Source: Sphingobacteriaceae bacterium (GTDB lineage Bacteria > Bacteroidota > Bacteroidia > B-17B0 > Aurantibacillaceae). From it: DNA of 64,000 bases. Of the stretch, positions 1 to 8,521 are shown piece after piece (within the stretch, counting starts at the first letter, position 1; each line of letters begins with the position of its first letter). The stretch spans positions 3,899 through 67,898 of the forward strand of contig PNMI01000010.1 of assembly GCA_013823565.1 (NCBI GenBank), in the 5' to 3' direction. Both the position numbers and the translations under genes were made by a program. The notes under the pieces were generated by a model. That model did no database searches, was not told where the DNA came from, and worked only from the letters and a program-made list of their open reading frames with translations.

Positions 1-64
1 TTTTTTCTAATCGTTTAAATGTTTCTTCTGTTGTTTTTGCGTCAAATACACTTGGTAATGCCAT
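1..64 (-). CDS. N-terminal end of a CDS running off the window; product unknown
   Basis: ATG at 64..62 (minus) opens a frame (MALPSVFDAKTTEETFKRLEK...) that stays open to the window edge. Only 21 codons are visible. Confidence 0.3.
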   Translation of the reverse strand, partial: MALPSVFDAKTTEETFKRLEK

Positions 65-89
65 AGTCTTTAATTTATGAGTTTATTAA

Positions 90-920
90 TTAATTGGACG
101 CTGAGTCGGTTACTGAGCTTGTCGAAGTAGTCGAAGCGTCTTTTTTGGATTTAAATATCATATATAATCCAACCAATACAAATGGAATACTTAAAATTTG
201 TCCCATATTAATTGGTAATGCGTTTTCAAAAGATTCTTGATTCTCTTTCATAAATTCCATACAAAAACGGAAACTAAACATTAACACACAAAACAAACCA
301 AACATAAATCCTTTTCCAAAATTGTTGCGTTTGTTTTTCCATAACCAATAAAATAATAGAAATAAAATAACATAAAATATGGCTTCATATAATTGTGTGG
401 GATGGCGCGGCAATTCATCTACTTGATGAAACACAAACGCCCAAGGTATATCAGTTGGCATACCAACAATTTCAGAGTTCATTAAGTTTCCAAAACGAAT
501 CATAAAGGATGCAAAGGGAACAACCACAATTAATCGATCAAATAACCACAACCAACTTTCTTTGGTTTTTCGACAATACAACCACATACCAACAATAATT
601 CCAATTCCACCACCGTGACTTGCTAAACCCCCTTCGTATACTTTTAAAATATCTAAAGGATGAGTGGAGTAGTAGGGGAAATCATAAAACAAACAGTGAC
701 CCAAACGAGCTCCTATAATGGTAGCTAAAACAATGTATAGTGTTAGTGTATCTAATTGTTTTTCGGTGCGCCCTTCTGCTTTATAAATACGATTCATAAA
801 GAAATGGCAACCAATAAAAGCCATGGCCCAAGATAAGCCATACCAACGTACAGGCCAATCAATACCAGGAATAGTAAAAATTTCGGGACTTGGATTCCAA
901 TTTATAAAGAGTGATAGCAT
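90..920 (-). CDS. lgt: prolipoprotein diacylglyceryl transferase
   Basis: 276 aa polytopic membrane protein. Lgt-like N-terminus (PEIFTIPGIDWPVRWYGLSWAMAF) and motifs GARLGHC, HPTQLYE. Confidence 0.9.
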   Translation of the reverse strand: MLSLFINWNPSPEIFTIPGIDWPVRWYGLSWAMAFIGCHFFMNRIYKAEGRTEKQLDTLTLYIVLATIIGARLGHCLFYDFPYYSTHPLDILKVYEGGLASHGGGIGIIVGMWLYCRKTKESWLWLFDRLIVVVPFASFMIRFGNLMNSEIVGMPTDIPWAFVFHQVDELPRHPTQLYEAIFYVILFLLFYWLWKNKRNNFGKGFMFGLFCVLMFSFRFCMEFMKENQESFENALPINMGQILSIPFVLVGLYMIFKSKKDASTTSTSSVTDSASN

Positions 921-967
921 ATGACAAGTTTAAGTTTTTTATTGATAAATGAGAGGTTAAAAAATGT

Positions 968-1309
968 TTAATTATCTTCCTCTACATCGATTCTAAATTT
1001 ATGTAAAAAACGATGAACAATGGGACCAAAAATAACAGCCACACTGGTTAAAAAAGCAACACCACTGTATATGGCATATAACGAAGAAAACCATTTGGCT
1101 CCATCAGTTTCAGCTCTATCAACTGGACCCATACCCGTTAAAATCATGCTGGCGTTTACCAAACTATCTAACCAAGGGATATTAAAAAAATAATGATAAC
1201 CAATCACGCCAATCCCTAACGATACTATTAAAAACAAAGTTCCTAAAGCAATGCTCTTAAGGAGTTTGTTATAAAAATGTGATTTATGTGGAAGTTGTTT
1301 AGTTGTCAT
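968..1309 (-). CDS. small membrane protein, 2 TM plus a re-entrant-like segment (function unknown)
   Basis: 113 aa with two clear hydrophobic helices flanking SLVNASMILTGMGPVD. Lies 4 nt downstream of trmB in the same orientation. Confidence 0.55.
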   Translation of the reverse strand: MTTKQLPHKSHFYNKLLKSIALGTLFLIVSLGIGVIGYHYFFNIPWLDSLVNASMILTGMGPVDRAETDGAKWFSSLYAIYSGVAFLTSVAVIFGPIVHRFLHKFRIDVEEDN

Positions 1310-1312
1310 TAA

Positions 1313-1984
1313 TTAATCTAATTTAAAACAACAATATTTAATATCTTCGCCTCGACCTGTAAACAGTGTTTCGTAGTAGGTCTTAATACGAGTTAATTCT
1401 TCTCTTCCTTCAGGACAGTTTTTATATAAATCGTTGGTAGAAAACAACAGCGGTAAATTTCTTTCTTTAATCACATCCATCGTATATTCATAAAAAAAAG
1501 TACTATCGGTTTTCAAATGAACTAATCCACCAGGTTTTAATATTTTTTTGTATCGGTTCAAAAAGAAATCAGGATTGGTTAAGCGCTTGCGGGCTCTGTT
1601 TTTTTGCGGTTGTGGGTCGGGAAAGGTAATCCATATTTCTGATACTTCATTTTCGGCAAAACACTGGTCAATAAAATCAATGCGAGTTCTTAAAAACGCC
1701 ACATGACTCATGTTATTTTGCATTGCCTTTTTTGCTCCTGTCCAAATACGATTTCCTTTGACATCAACCCCAATAAAATTTTTAGATGTATTATTTTCTG
1801 ATAAGCCAATGGTGTATTCGCCTTGTCCACAGCCTAATTCCAACACAATAGGATTTTGGTTTTTAAACATGTCTTCATGCCATTTTCCTTTTTTAGCAAA
1901 CCCGTTGGGGATGTCAAAATGATGAAAAGCAAGCGTATTAGAAAATGTATTTAGTTCGGCAAATTTTTCGAGTTTGTTAGGCAT
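1313..1984 (-). CDS. trmB: tRNA (guanine-N7)-methyltransferase
   Basis: SAM-MTase motif LELGCGQGEY and the TrmB signature WITFPDPQPQKNRARKRL. Confidence 0.9.
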   Translation of the reverse strand: MPNKLEKFAELNTFSNTLAFHHFDIPNGFAKKGKWHEDMFKNQNPIVLELGCGQGEYTIGLSENNTSKNFIGVDVKGNRIWTGAKKAMQNNMSHVAFLRTRIDFIDQCFAENEVSEIWITFPDPQPQKNRARKRLTNPDFFLNRYKKILKPGGLVHLKTDSTFFYEYTMDVIKERNLPLLFSTNDLYKNCPEGREELTRIKTYYETLFTGRGEDIKYCCFKLD

Positions 1985-2076
1985 AATGGTAATAAAAGTG
2001 GCTAAGGTACAAAATTAGATAATGATTTAATAATGCCATTTTTTGCGTCGAAATTGTTACATTCGTATTCGAATTT

Positions 2077-3513
2077 ATGACTATGAGCTATACTTATAAC
2101 AAAACAAAGATTGTGGCCACGATGGGTCCATCAACAGAAAACATTGCTGTACTAGAAGAACTATTTAATGCTGGTTTAGATATCTGTAGAATTAACTTTT
2201 CTCACGGAGACTACGAACCAATTAAACATGTGATTGATAATATTAGAATTTTAAATAAAAAATTAAATCGCCACGTTGGTATTTTAGGAGATTTACAAGG
2301 ACCTAAATTACGTATTGGTAAAGTAAAAGATAATGCGGTTGAATTAATAAATGGTCAGGAAATTATTATTACGACTAAAGAAAGTGAAGGAACGGCAGAA
2401 AAAATATTCATTACGTATCCTCAATTTCCACAAGATGTGGCGGCTGGAGAATTAGTATTAATTGATGACGGAAAAATTACTTTAAAAGTCATTGAAACGA
2501 ATCGTAAAGACGAAGTACGTTGTACTATTATTGCGGGTGGAACTTTATCTTCTAAAAAAGGAGTGAACTTACCAAACACAAAAATTTCTTTACCATGTTT
2601 AACATTAAAAGATTTACGTGATTTGGATTTTGCTTTAGAAAATGATTTTGAGTGGATTGGTTTATCATTTGTGAGAAGCGTGACAGATATTGTTGAATTA
2701 AAAGACATTATTCGCTCAAAGAAAAAGAACGCACGTGTAATTGCTAAAATTGAAAAACCAGAAGCGATTAAAGAGATTGATAAAATCATTGAAGTAACAG
2801 ATGGTGTGATGGTAGCCCGTGGAGACTTAGGAGTTGAGATGCCAATGGAACAAGTGCCTTTATTACAAAAAATGATTGTAAACAAATGTATTGAAGCGTC
2901 TAAGCCTGTTATTATCGCCACACAAATGATGGAGAGCATGATTACAGCATACACTCCAACACGTGCCGAGGTGAACGATGTAGCGAATGCTGTATTAGAC
3001 GGAGCCGATGCGGTAATGTTAAGTGCGGAAACATCAGTAGGACGTTACCCAGTAAAAGTAATTGAATACATGCGTCGTATTATTACACAAATAGAAAGCG
3101 ATGATCGTATTTATTATAAAGAACACGAGCCTGAATTAAAAACAGTGACATATATTACTGATAGTATTTGTTATAACGCTAGTGTAATGGCTAAGCAAGC
3201 AAATGTATCGGCTATTATTTCGATGACGCATAGTGGTTATACAGCTTTTAAATTAAGTAGTCACCGACCTAAAGCAAACGTGTATATTTTCACAGATAAT
3301 AAATCGTTATTAAACGCTTTAAGTTTAGTATGGGGCGTACGTGGTTTCTTTTATGATAAATATGAAAGTACTGATCAAACGATTGCAGATTTAAAAGACT
3401 ATATCAAAGAAGGTGGCTTTGTGAGAGCAGATGATTTAGTCATCAATTTAGCAAGTATGCCAATGAAAGAAAAGGGACGTACCAATATGTTGAAACTGAG
3501 TTATATTCAGTAA
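2077..3513 (+). CDS. pyk: pyruvate kinase
   Basis: 478 aa. KIVATMGPS, ICRINFSHG, GDLQGPKLR, MVARGDLGVEMP, ATQMMESM. Confidence 0.95.
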   Translation: MTMSYTYNKTKIVATMGPSTENIAVLEELFNAGLDICRINFSHGDYEPIKHVIDNIRILNKKLNRHVGILGDLQGPKLRIGKVKDNAVELINGQEIIITTKESEGTAEKIFITYPQFPQDVAAGELVLIDDGKITLKVIETNRKDEVRCTIIAGGTLSSKKGVNLPNTKISLPCLTLKDLRDLDFALENDFEWIGLSFVRSVTDIVELKDIIRSKKKNARVIAKIEKPEAIKEIDKIIEVTDGVMVARGDLGVEMPMEQVPLLQKMIVNKCIEASKPVIIATQMMESMITAYTPTRAEVNDVANAVLDGADAVMLSAETSVGRYPVKVIEYMRRIITQIESDDRIYYKEHEPELKTVTYITDSICYNASVMAKQANVSAIISMTHSGYTAFKLSSHRPKANVYIFTDNKSLLNALSLVWGVRGFFYDKYESTDQTIADLKDYIKEGGFVRADDLVINLASMPMKEKGRTNMLKLSYIQ

Positions 3514-3525
3514 AAGATAAAAAAC

Positions 3526-3556
3526 AAAAAGGGTAGCAAACGCTACCCTTTTTGTT
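3526..3556. terminator. bidirectional Rho-independent terminator between convergent pyk and the S4-domain gene
   Basis: GGGTAGC (3531-3537) / GCTACCC (3542-3548), 4-nt loop, A-run upstream and T-run downstream. Confidence 0.8.
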
Positions 3557-3601
3557 TAAACTTATTGAGACAATAAAACTTAATAGTATCATATGATACT
3601 A

Positions 3602-3985
3602 TCAATCTTTCCTAAAATCATCCATATCTCGTCTATCTTTTTTGGTTGGCCTACCAGCGCCTCTATCTCTTTGCATGTTAGGCATAAAAAACACAGAAGG
3701 CATGCGCTCTAGTTTTTCTATTGGTGGAGAATGATCTATATAATTTTCTTTAGCTATTTCATAGCTTTGACGTTTATCAATAATGCCTGTGACTTCAATA
3801 ATCTTTTTAACGCCTTGAGGAAAGGACATCGTATAACGTTCCCCAATTTTTACAACATGCGCTGCTTTAATAATTTCATCATTTAGCTTTACTTTATTGC
3901 CTTTAATAGCAGCACTTGCCAATGAACGTGATTTATACATTCGTATAGCCCATAAATAACTATCTAATCGAACATTTTTTTCCAT
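3602..3985 (-). CDS. S4-domain RNA-binding protein, Hsp15-like
   Basis: 127 aa. N-terminal VRLDSYLWAIRMYKSRSLASAAIKGNKVKLN S4 pattern and a basic C-terminal tail. Its start overlaps the upstream stop (TAATG). Confidence 0.75.
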   Translation of the reverse strand: MEKNVRLDSYLWAIRMYKSRSLASAAIKGNKVKLNDEIIKAAHVVKIGERYTMSFPQGVKKIIEVTGIIDKRQSYEIAKENYIDHSPPIEKLERMPSVFFMPNMQRDRGAGRPTKKDRRDMDDFRKD

Positions 3986-5031
3986 TATTTATTTTGCTTG
4001 TCCAACACTTCTTTTGCTCTAACACTATAAAAACCTTTATTGTTTACAATATACTGTAGTTGTTTGTTGGCTTCGTCGGTTTGTTTTAAGTTTAATAAAC
4101 ATAAAGCTTGATAAAATTCAGATTCTTGGTGAAAGATATTATTAATATTATCAAGATTCTTTTGAAAGAAATTTTTAGCGACAGCATATTTACCTAATTG
4201 GTAATAACACATGCCTAAATAAAATTGAGCATTGGCATCATCATGGTTGAAGTCATATAACATCGTTAATTCTTCAATACAATTGGTAATGTTTTTAGAG
4301 CTAAAAAAACGCATTGCCTGTTTGATAATTTTATGAGCTAAATAAGAATTTGATTTATGTAAGTAGGCTGTTTCTATATCAGCCTTACTTCCATATTGAG
4401 CAGGAACACCCGTGCTGGCATTTAAATCAATGGCATAACTGTTTTTAAAGTAATACATGCGATAGTTTGTCACCTTTAAGTTATGAATAAAAACAACGGG
4501 TGCATTTGGTGTAAACTGAAAAACAATATCTTCCTCTTCTTCCTTTTCAGGAAGATTTACATCTAATGGTTTACTTGGGAGTGTTTCTAAAATTTCAGGA
4601 GTTTCAACTTCTTCAATATTGTTTGCAATGGTATTGTAATGTTCTATTTCTTTGATTTCAATTTTTGGAAATATGGTGTCGATAGAGGCAATTTTGTTTT
4701 CTAATTTATGTTGAGCTTTTTCTTCTTCTAATGATTGATAAACAGAAGGATGGTTTTTGTTTTTTTGAAAAATGACAAAGAAAATGGAAACACCAATTAA
4801 TAAGCCACATAAAACGCTAATAAAAATAGTATTAAATGAACCAGAACTACCTTTTATTTTTTTATCTATTGATTGATTTAGTTTATCAATATCAGAACTC
4901 GACACATTAAATTGCTCAAAAGCCACAGATGACAAGTAACTCAAATCTGTTTCTTGCATATTCTTTTCTAATGAACGCTGTTCTTCTTTAGTTAAGTTAT
5001 TATAATTTGATATGTCTTTGGGGTTAAGCAT
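3985..5031 (-). CDS. single-pass membrane protein with C-terminal TPR repeats, putative anti-sigma factor
   Basis: 348 aa, TM at FISVLCGLLIGVSIFFVIF, TPR-like C-terminus (AQFYLGMCYYQLGKYAVAKNFFQK). Start overlaps the stop of the upstream ECF sigma gene by 8 nt (ATGCTTAA). Confidence 0.55.
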   Translation of the reverse strand: MLNPKDISNYNNLTKEEQRSLEKNMQETDLSYLSSVAFEQFNVSSSDIDKLNQSIDKKIKGSSGSFNTIFISVLCGLLIGVSIFFVIFQKNKNHPSVYQSLEEEKAQHKLENKIASIDTIFPKIEIKEIEHYNTIANNIEEVETPEILETLPSKPLDVNLPEKEEEEDIVFQFTPNAPVVFIHNLKVTNYRMYYFKNSYAIDLNASTGVPAQYGSKADIETAYLHKSNSYLAHKIIKQAMRFFSSKNITNCIEELTMLYDFNHDDANAQFYLGMCYYQLGKYAVAKNFFQKNLDNINNIFHQESEFYQALCLLNLKQTDEANKQLQYIVNNKGFYSVRAKEVLDKQNK

Positions 5032-5617
5032 TTTTTTTATTTTTTGAAGAATCTTCTAATAGTAATTTTAAATTTCGTTTACCATTTTGGATATAACTTT
5101 TTATTTCATTTAGGCTAAAACTAGTTTCGTTGGCAATATCCTGATAGCTTTTGTTTTTTAAATAAAATAACTCCACGCACACTCGTTGATTTTCTTTAAG
5201 TTTTGGCAAACAGTCTTTCATTTTTTCTAATAACACATCGTCGCTTATCGTATTTATTTTTTCTTCTTGTTCGTAATCAGGTGTTTCATATTCAAATTCA
5301 TAATACGACTTGATATTTTTTGATTGTGATTTGTTTTTCCGAATCAACGAAATACAATGATTACGAACCACAAAACTTAACCAGCCTTTAAAATTATCAA
5401 TCTCTCTATTATTAATATCTAACATTAGCTTTTCAAACAATTGCATGGTGGCATCCTGGGCCTCATCTTTATCTTGTAAATAAAATAAACAGGTACCATA
5501 CACAACAGACACATGTTTTTTAAATAAATCGGCAAACAACTCTTTATTACCACTTTGCTTATAATGCTTAAGTAGTTCTTCGTCGCTGTTATATTCTTTT
5601 TTCTTAAAAAGCCACAT
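5024..5617 (-). CDS. RNA polymerase ECF-type sigma-70 factor
   Basis: 197 aa. Region 2 (DEAQDATMQLFEKL...FKGWLSFVVRNHCIS) and region 4 HTH (SYQDIANETSFSLNEIKSYIQNGKRNL). Confidence 0.85.
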   Translation of the reverse strand: MWLFKKKEYNSDEELLKHYKQSGNKELFADLFKKHVSVVYGTCLFYLQDKDEAQDATMQLFEKLMLDINNREIDNFKGWLSFVVRNHCISLIRKNKSQSKNIKSYYEFEYETPDYEQEEKINTISDDVLLEKMKDCLPKLKENQRVCVELFYLKNKSYQDIANETSFSLNEIKSYIQNGKRNLKLLLEDSSKNKKNA

Positions 5618-5850
5618 ATCTGATTAATAGACGCACACATTAAAATATTCCATAAAACTATTTCTTATTAAATTTTTATGGAAAGAGTTATGCTTCACGT
5701 CTTAAAGTTAAAGAATGCATTCTGAAAAACAGAAGTTTAACCATTAAAAAATAGAAATTATGAAATAGCCATTAACAGAAATCCAAAAAATCAATCAAAG
5801 TCACATGGCGTATACCATATGACCATTAAAAATCAATAAAAAACTGACAT

Positions 5851-6699
5851 ATGAAAAATTTAAAACAAACAATACTACTAGGTTTATTATTAATAGGGAG
5901 TTTAAGTGTTTTTTCGCAAGGATCTTCTGGTGTATTAAAAGGACAGATATTAAATACCGACAATGAACCTGTTTTTGGTGCAACCATCAAGATTTTACAA
6001 GGAGGCGTTTTAATTGGCGGTACGGATACAGACGAAAAAGGAATGTATACTTATAAACCATTAAATGCTGGAAGTTATGACGTATTAATTTCTAGCGTTG
6101 AAACTCAAACAAAAAAGGTAACAGATGTAAGAGTAAGTTCTGAAAAAACAACTTATTTAGATGCAACCGTATCTACAAACATGTTAGATGATGTTGAAAT
6201 TATAGCATACGTTAAGCCGGTAATTGATAAAACCTTTATGGACATTAAAGAAATATCTGCAGAAGAGTTTTTACACATGGCAGTAGATAGAGGGAACATT
6301 GTAGATGCAGTTATTAATATCTCTTCTGAAGCTACTCAAGATGCAAACGGAGATTTACATGTAAGAGGAGGAAGAGGAGACGCTACTGCATTTATTGTTG
6401 ACGGGATGAAATCACCTACTATTAATGGAGTAGCTGCCTTATCAGTTGAAAATGTGGCGATTATTACAGGAGGCATTCCGGCACAATACGGAGACGTAAC
6501 TAGCGGTGTTATTGTGGTAACAACAAAAGACTACTTTGGTGCCATTCAAAGTAAACGTATGCGTGAAAACTATATCATAGCAAATAAAGACCGAATTAAA
6601 AGAGAAAAAGCAGCCCTACAAATGGAAAAGCAACGTAAAAAAGAAATTGAAGAAGAACTACGATTAGAAGAAGAAGCTAAAAAGAACAATGGTTTATAA
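5851..6699 (+). CDS. secreted carboxypeptidase-regulatory-like plus TonB-receptor Plug domain protein without a beta-barrel
   Basis: 282 aa. Signal peptide, GVLKGQILNTDNEPVFGATIKI beta-sandwich, Plug-like HVRGGRGDATAFIVDGM...GGIPAQYGDVTSGVIVVTTKD, then a charged helical tail. A strong terminator follows. Confidence 0.7.
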   Translation: MKNLKQTILLGLLLIGSLSVFSQGSSGVLKGQILNTDNEPVFGATIKILQGGVLIGGTDTDEKGMYTYKPLNAGSYDVLISSVETQTKKVTDVRVSSEKTTYLDATVSTNMLDDVEIIAYVKPVIDKTFMDIKEISAEEFLHMAVDRGNIVDAVINISSEATQDANGDLHVRGGRGDATAFIVDGMKSPTINGVAALSVENVAIITGGIPAQYGDVTSGVIVVTTKDYFGAIQSKRMRENYIIANKDRIKREKAALQMEKQRKKEIEEELRLEEEAKKNNGL

Positions 6700-6702
6700 A
6701 AT

Positions 6703-6733
6703 AAAAAAGCCCTAGTATTTACTAGGGCTTTTT
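6703..6733. terminator. bidirectional Rho-independent terminator
   Basis: GCCCTAGT (6709-6716) / ACTAGGGC (6721-6728), flanked by an A-run and a T-run. Confidence 0.8.
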
Positions 6734-6751
6734 AAATAATAAAAACTTAAT

Positions 6752-7846
6752 TTATTTTTTGTAAACCATCACATTAAATACAAACGGTTGAATTTTTTTA
6801 ATTTGTTCACTACGTTTTAAACCTTTTAAATTTGATTTTTTAGTTACTAAAGCTAAATCTTTTTTCAACGAATCGTTTTCTAATTTATCAATAGTTTGTT
6901 TAATAAAGTTAGACTTAATAGCAAAACCAGTTCCTTCGGCAGAGCTTTGTTTTCCACGAATGACACCAATAATATTTCCTTGCTCATCCATTAAAGGACC
7001 ACCGCTATTTCCTGGGTTTACTGGAATAGAAATTTGGTACATAGTTGTATCATTATTAAATCCAGTCATTGAACTTAAAGCACCTTCACCATAAACCGCA
7101 TCTCTACGAGGATAACCTAAAGTAAAAATTTTATCTCCAATTTCAGAAGCATTCTCTTTAAATGAGAACGGGAATGCGATATTTTTGATAGCCTCAATAT
7201 TATCTATTTTATAAATCGCAATATCTAATGATGGCTCACTTGCTACTAATTTCGCAGAGGCTCTATCTAACACACTATTAGTTACAAATACAGAATCTGC
7301 ATTTTTAACCATGTGGTAGCTAGTAATAAAATATCCTTTATTGTTTAAGGCAAAACCAGTTCCTTCAATATTTGCAGGAGCATAGTTTTTTATGCGTTTG
7401 TTTGTTGCCCCAGTAATTCCTTCAATAATTGCGTCTTGAGAATATTTTAATTCAGTAACGTCACGTTTTAAATCAGTAATAGCATTTCCTTGCTGTTTCA
7501 ATAAATAGCCGCCTGTACTTAAAACAGTAATTGTGCTGATAACAGCAATAACAGCAACAGATGCTGCTACAGCAAATGTTTTACCGTGCTTTTTAATGAA
7601 AGTTTCTTCTGGTTTTATAGAAACAATTTTAGCATCACTTCCAAATTCTTGTTTATGAATGGTAGCTAATATTTGTTTTAAATGAGTACGTTGTTCGTGT
7701 TGGTTAATGCCTTCAATTAACGTTTTGTGTTTTTCAAAAGCAGTAGCAAATTCTGAATCTGTTTTTAAGCGCGTTTCAAACTCGTGTTTTTCTTCAGTAC
7801 TTAAAGTTCCAAAAATGTAATTGTCAAATAAATCAGTTGCTCTCAT
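6752..7846 (-). CDS. membrane-anchored trypsin-like (S1) serine protease with an anti-sigma-like cytoplasmic N-terminus
   Basis: 364 aa, TM about residues 91-112. Periplasmic triad candidates H178 (TSYHMV), D208 (LDIAIY), S281 (GNSGGPL). Lies 22 nt downstream of an ECF sigma gene. Confidence 0.75.
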   Translation of the reverse strand: MRATDLFDNYIFGTLSTEEKHEFETRLKTDSEFATAFEKHKTLIEGINQHEQRTHLKQILATIHKQEFGSDAKIVSIKPEETFIKKHGKTFAVAASVAVIAVISTITVLSTGGYLLKQQGNAITDLKRDVTELKYSQDAIIEGITGATNKRIKNYAPANIEGTGFALNNKGYFITSYHMVKNADSVFVTNSVLDRASAKLVASEPSLDIAIYKIDNIEAIKNIAFPFSFKENASEIGDKIFTLGYPRRDAVYGEGALSSMTGFNNDTTMYQISIPVNPGNSGGPLMDEQGNIIGVIRGKQSSAEGTGFAIKSNFIKQTIDKLENDSLKKDLALVTKKSNLKGLKRSEQIKKIQPFVFNVMVYKK

Positions 7847-7868
7847 CTCTTGTTTCCCTTTCTATATT

Positions 7869-8426
7869 CTAGTTTTCAAAAAAATATCGTTTCAATCGTT
7901 GTAAACATTTATACTTCTGTGTTTTAGCATTGTCTGAATTCGTATACCCAAATTTTTCAGATATTTCATCCATACTTAACTTATACACGTAGAAGTCTTT
8001 TAATAGTGTTTTGCAGGGTTCGCCTAAGTTTTCCATGCAAGCATTCATTTTCTCAATATCCGATTCTTTTTTCAGGTGGTCTGTAATTTCATCGGACACA
8101 TCTACTACTTCATTTTCCTCGTCTTCTTTAAAACGAGCTAAATGACCACTACCTCTTAATTGCTTTAACCAAAGGCGTTTGGCAATCGAAAAAATAAAGG
8201 TTTGTAGTTGGCAATTGAGTTCAAAAGCAGGCTTCTGAACATTTTCATATAAAACAATAATTGTTTCCTGATAAATGTCGGCAGCAGCTTCGCTATTACC
8301 ACTATTGTTTACAACATATTTAAGAACGAGGTTATAATACTTTTTGTATAAAGCGCGTAACACCGCATCGTTGTTATGCTTGAGCCCTTCAATAAATTCA
8401 AGGTCTGTGTACGCTACTTTCGACAT
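7869..8426 (-). CDS. RNA polymerase ECF-type sigma-70 factor
   Basis: 185 aa. Region 2 (AAADIYQETIIVLYENV...LQTFIFSIAKRLWLK) and region 4 (SMDEISEKFGYTNSDNAKTQKYKCLQRLK). Confidence 0.85.
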   Translation of the reverse strand: MSKVAYTDLEFIEGLKHNNDAVLRALYKKYYNLVLKYVVNNSGNSEAAADIYQETIIVLYENVQKPAFELNCQLQTFIFSIAKRLWLKQLRGSGHLARFKEDEENEVVDVSDEITDHLKKESDIEKMNACMENLGEPCKTLLKDFYVYKLSMDEISEKFGYTNSDNAKTQKYKCLQRLKRYFFEN

Positions 8427-8521
8427 AAAGTCTTTGTTTACATTAATACCTAAAGGGGCTAAAGGTAACCTCGTTCGATATGATTTTTTAAGTTAAAACA
8501 CTGATTTTCAATCAGATAATG

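Noticed and set aside
2421-2954. 177-aa antisense ORF inside pyk. Similar long antisense ORFs lie inside sucB (13319-14428, several), sucA (15517-15795), pgk (17728-18810, three), hemB (25377-25880), hemC/D (27061-27501), kbl (45448-45729), the M23 gene (55860-56270) and atpF/atpH (58370-59205).
   Set aside because: Each lies wholly within, and antisense to, a CDS with unmistakable conserved enzyme motifs. Their translations are low-complexity (Ser/Ile/Phe/Leu-rich) with no recognisable domain. These are shadow ORFs.
5425-5983. Short ORFs 5425-5640 and 5801-5983 around the sigma/plug divergent promoter region.
   Set aside because: The first overlaps the ECF sigma CDS out of frame. The second overlaps the start of the plug gene in antisense. 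Both are hydrophobic and low-complexity with no support.
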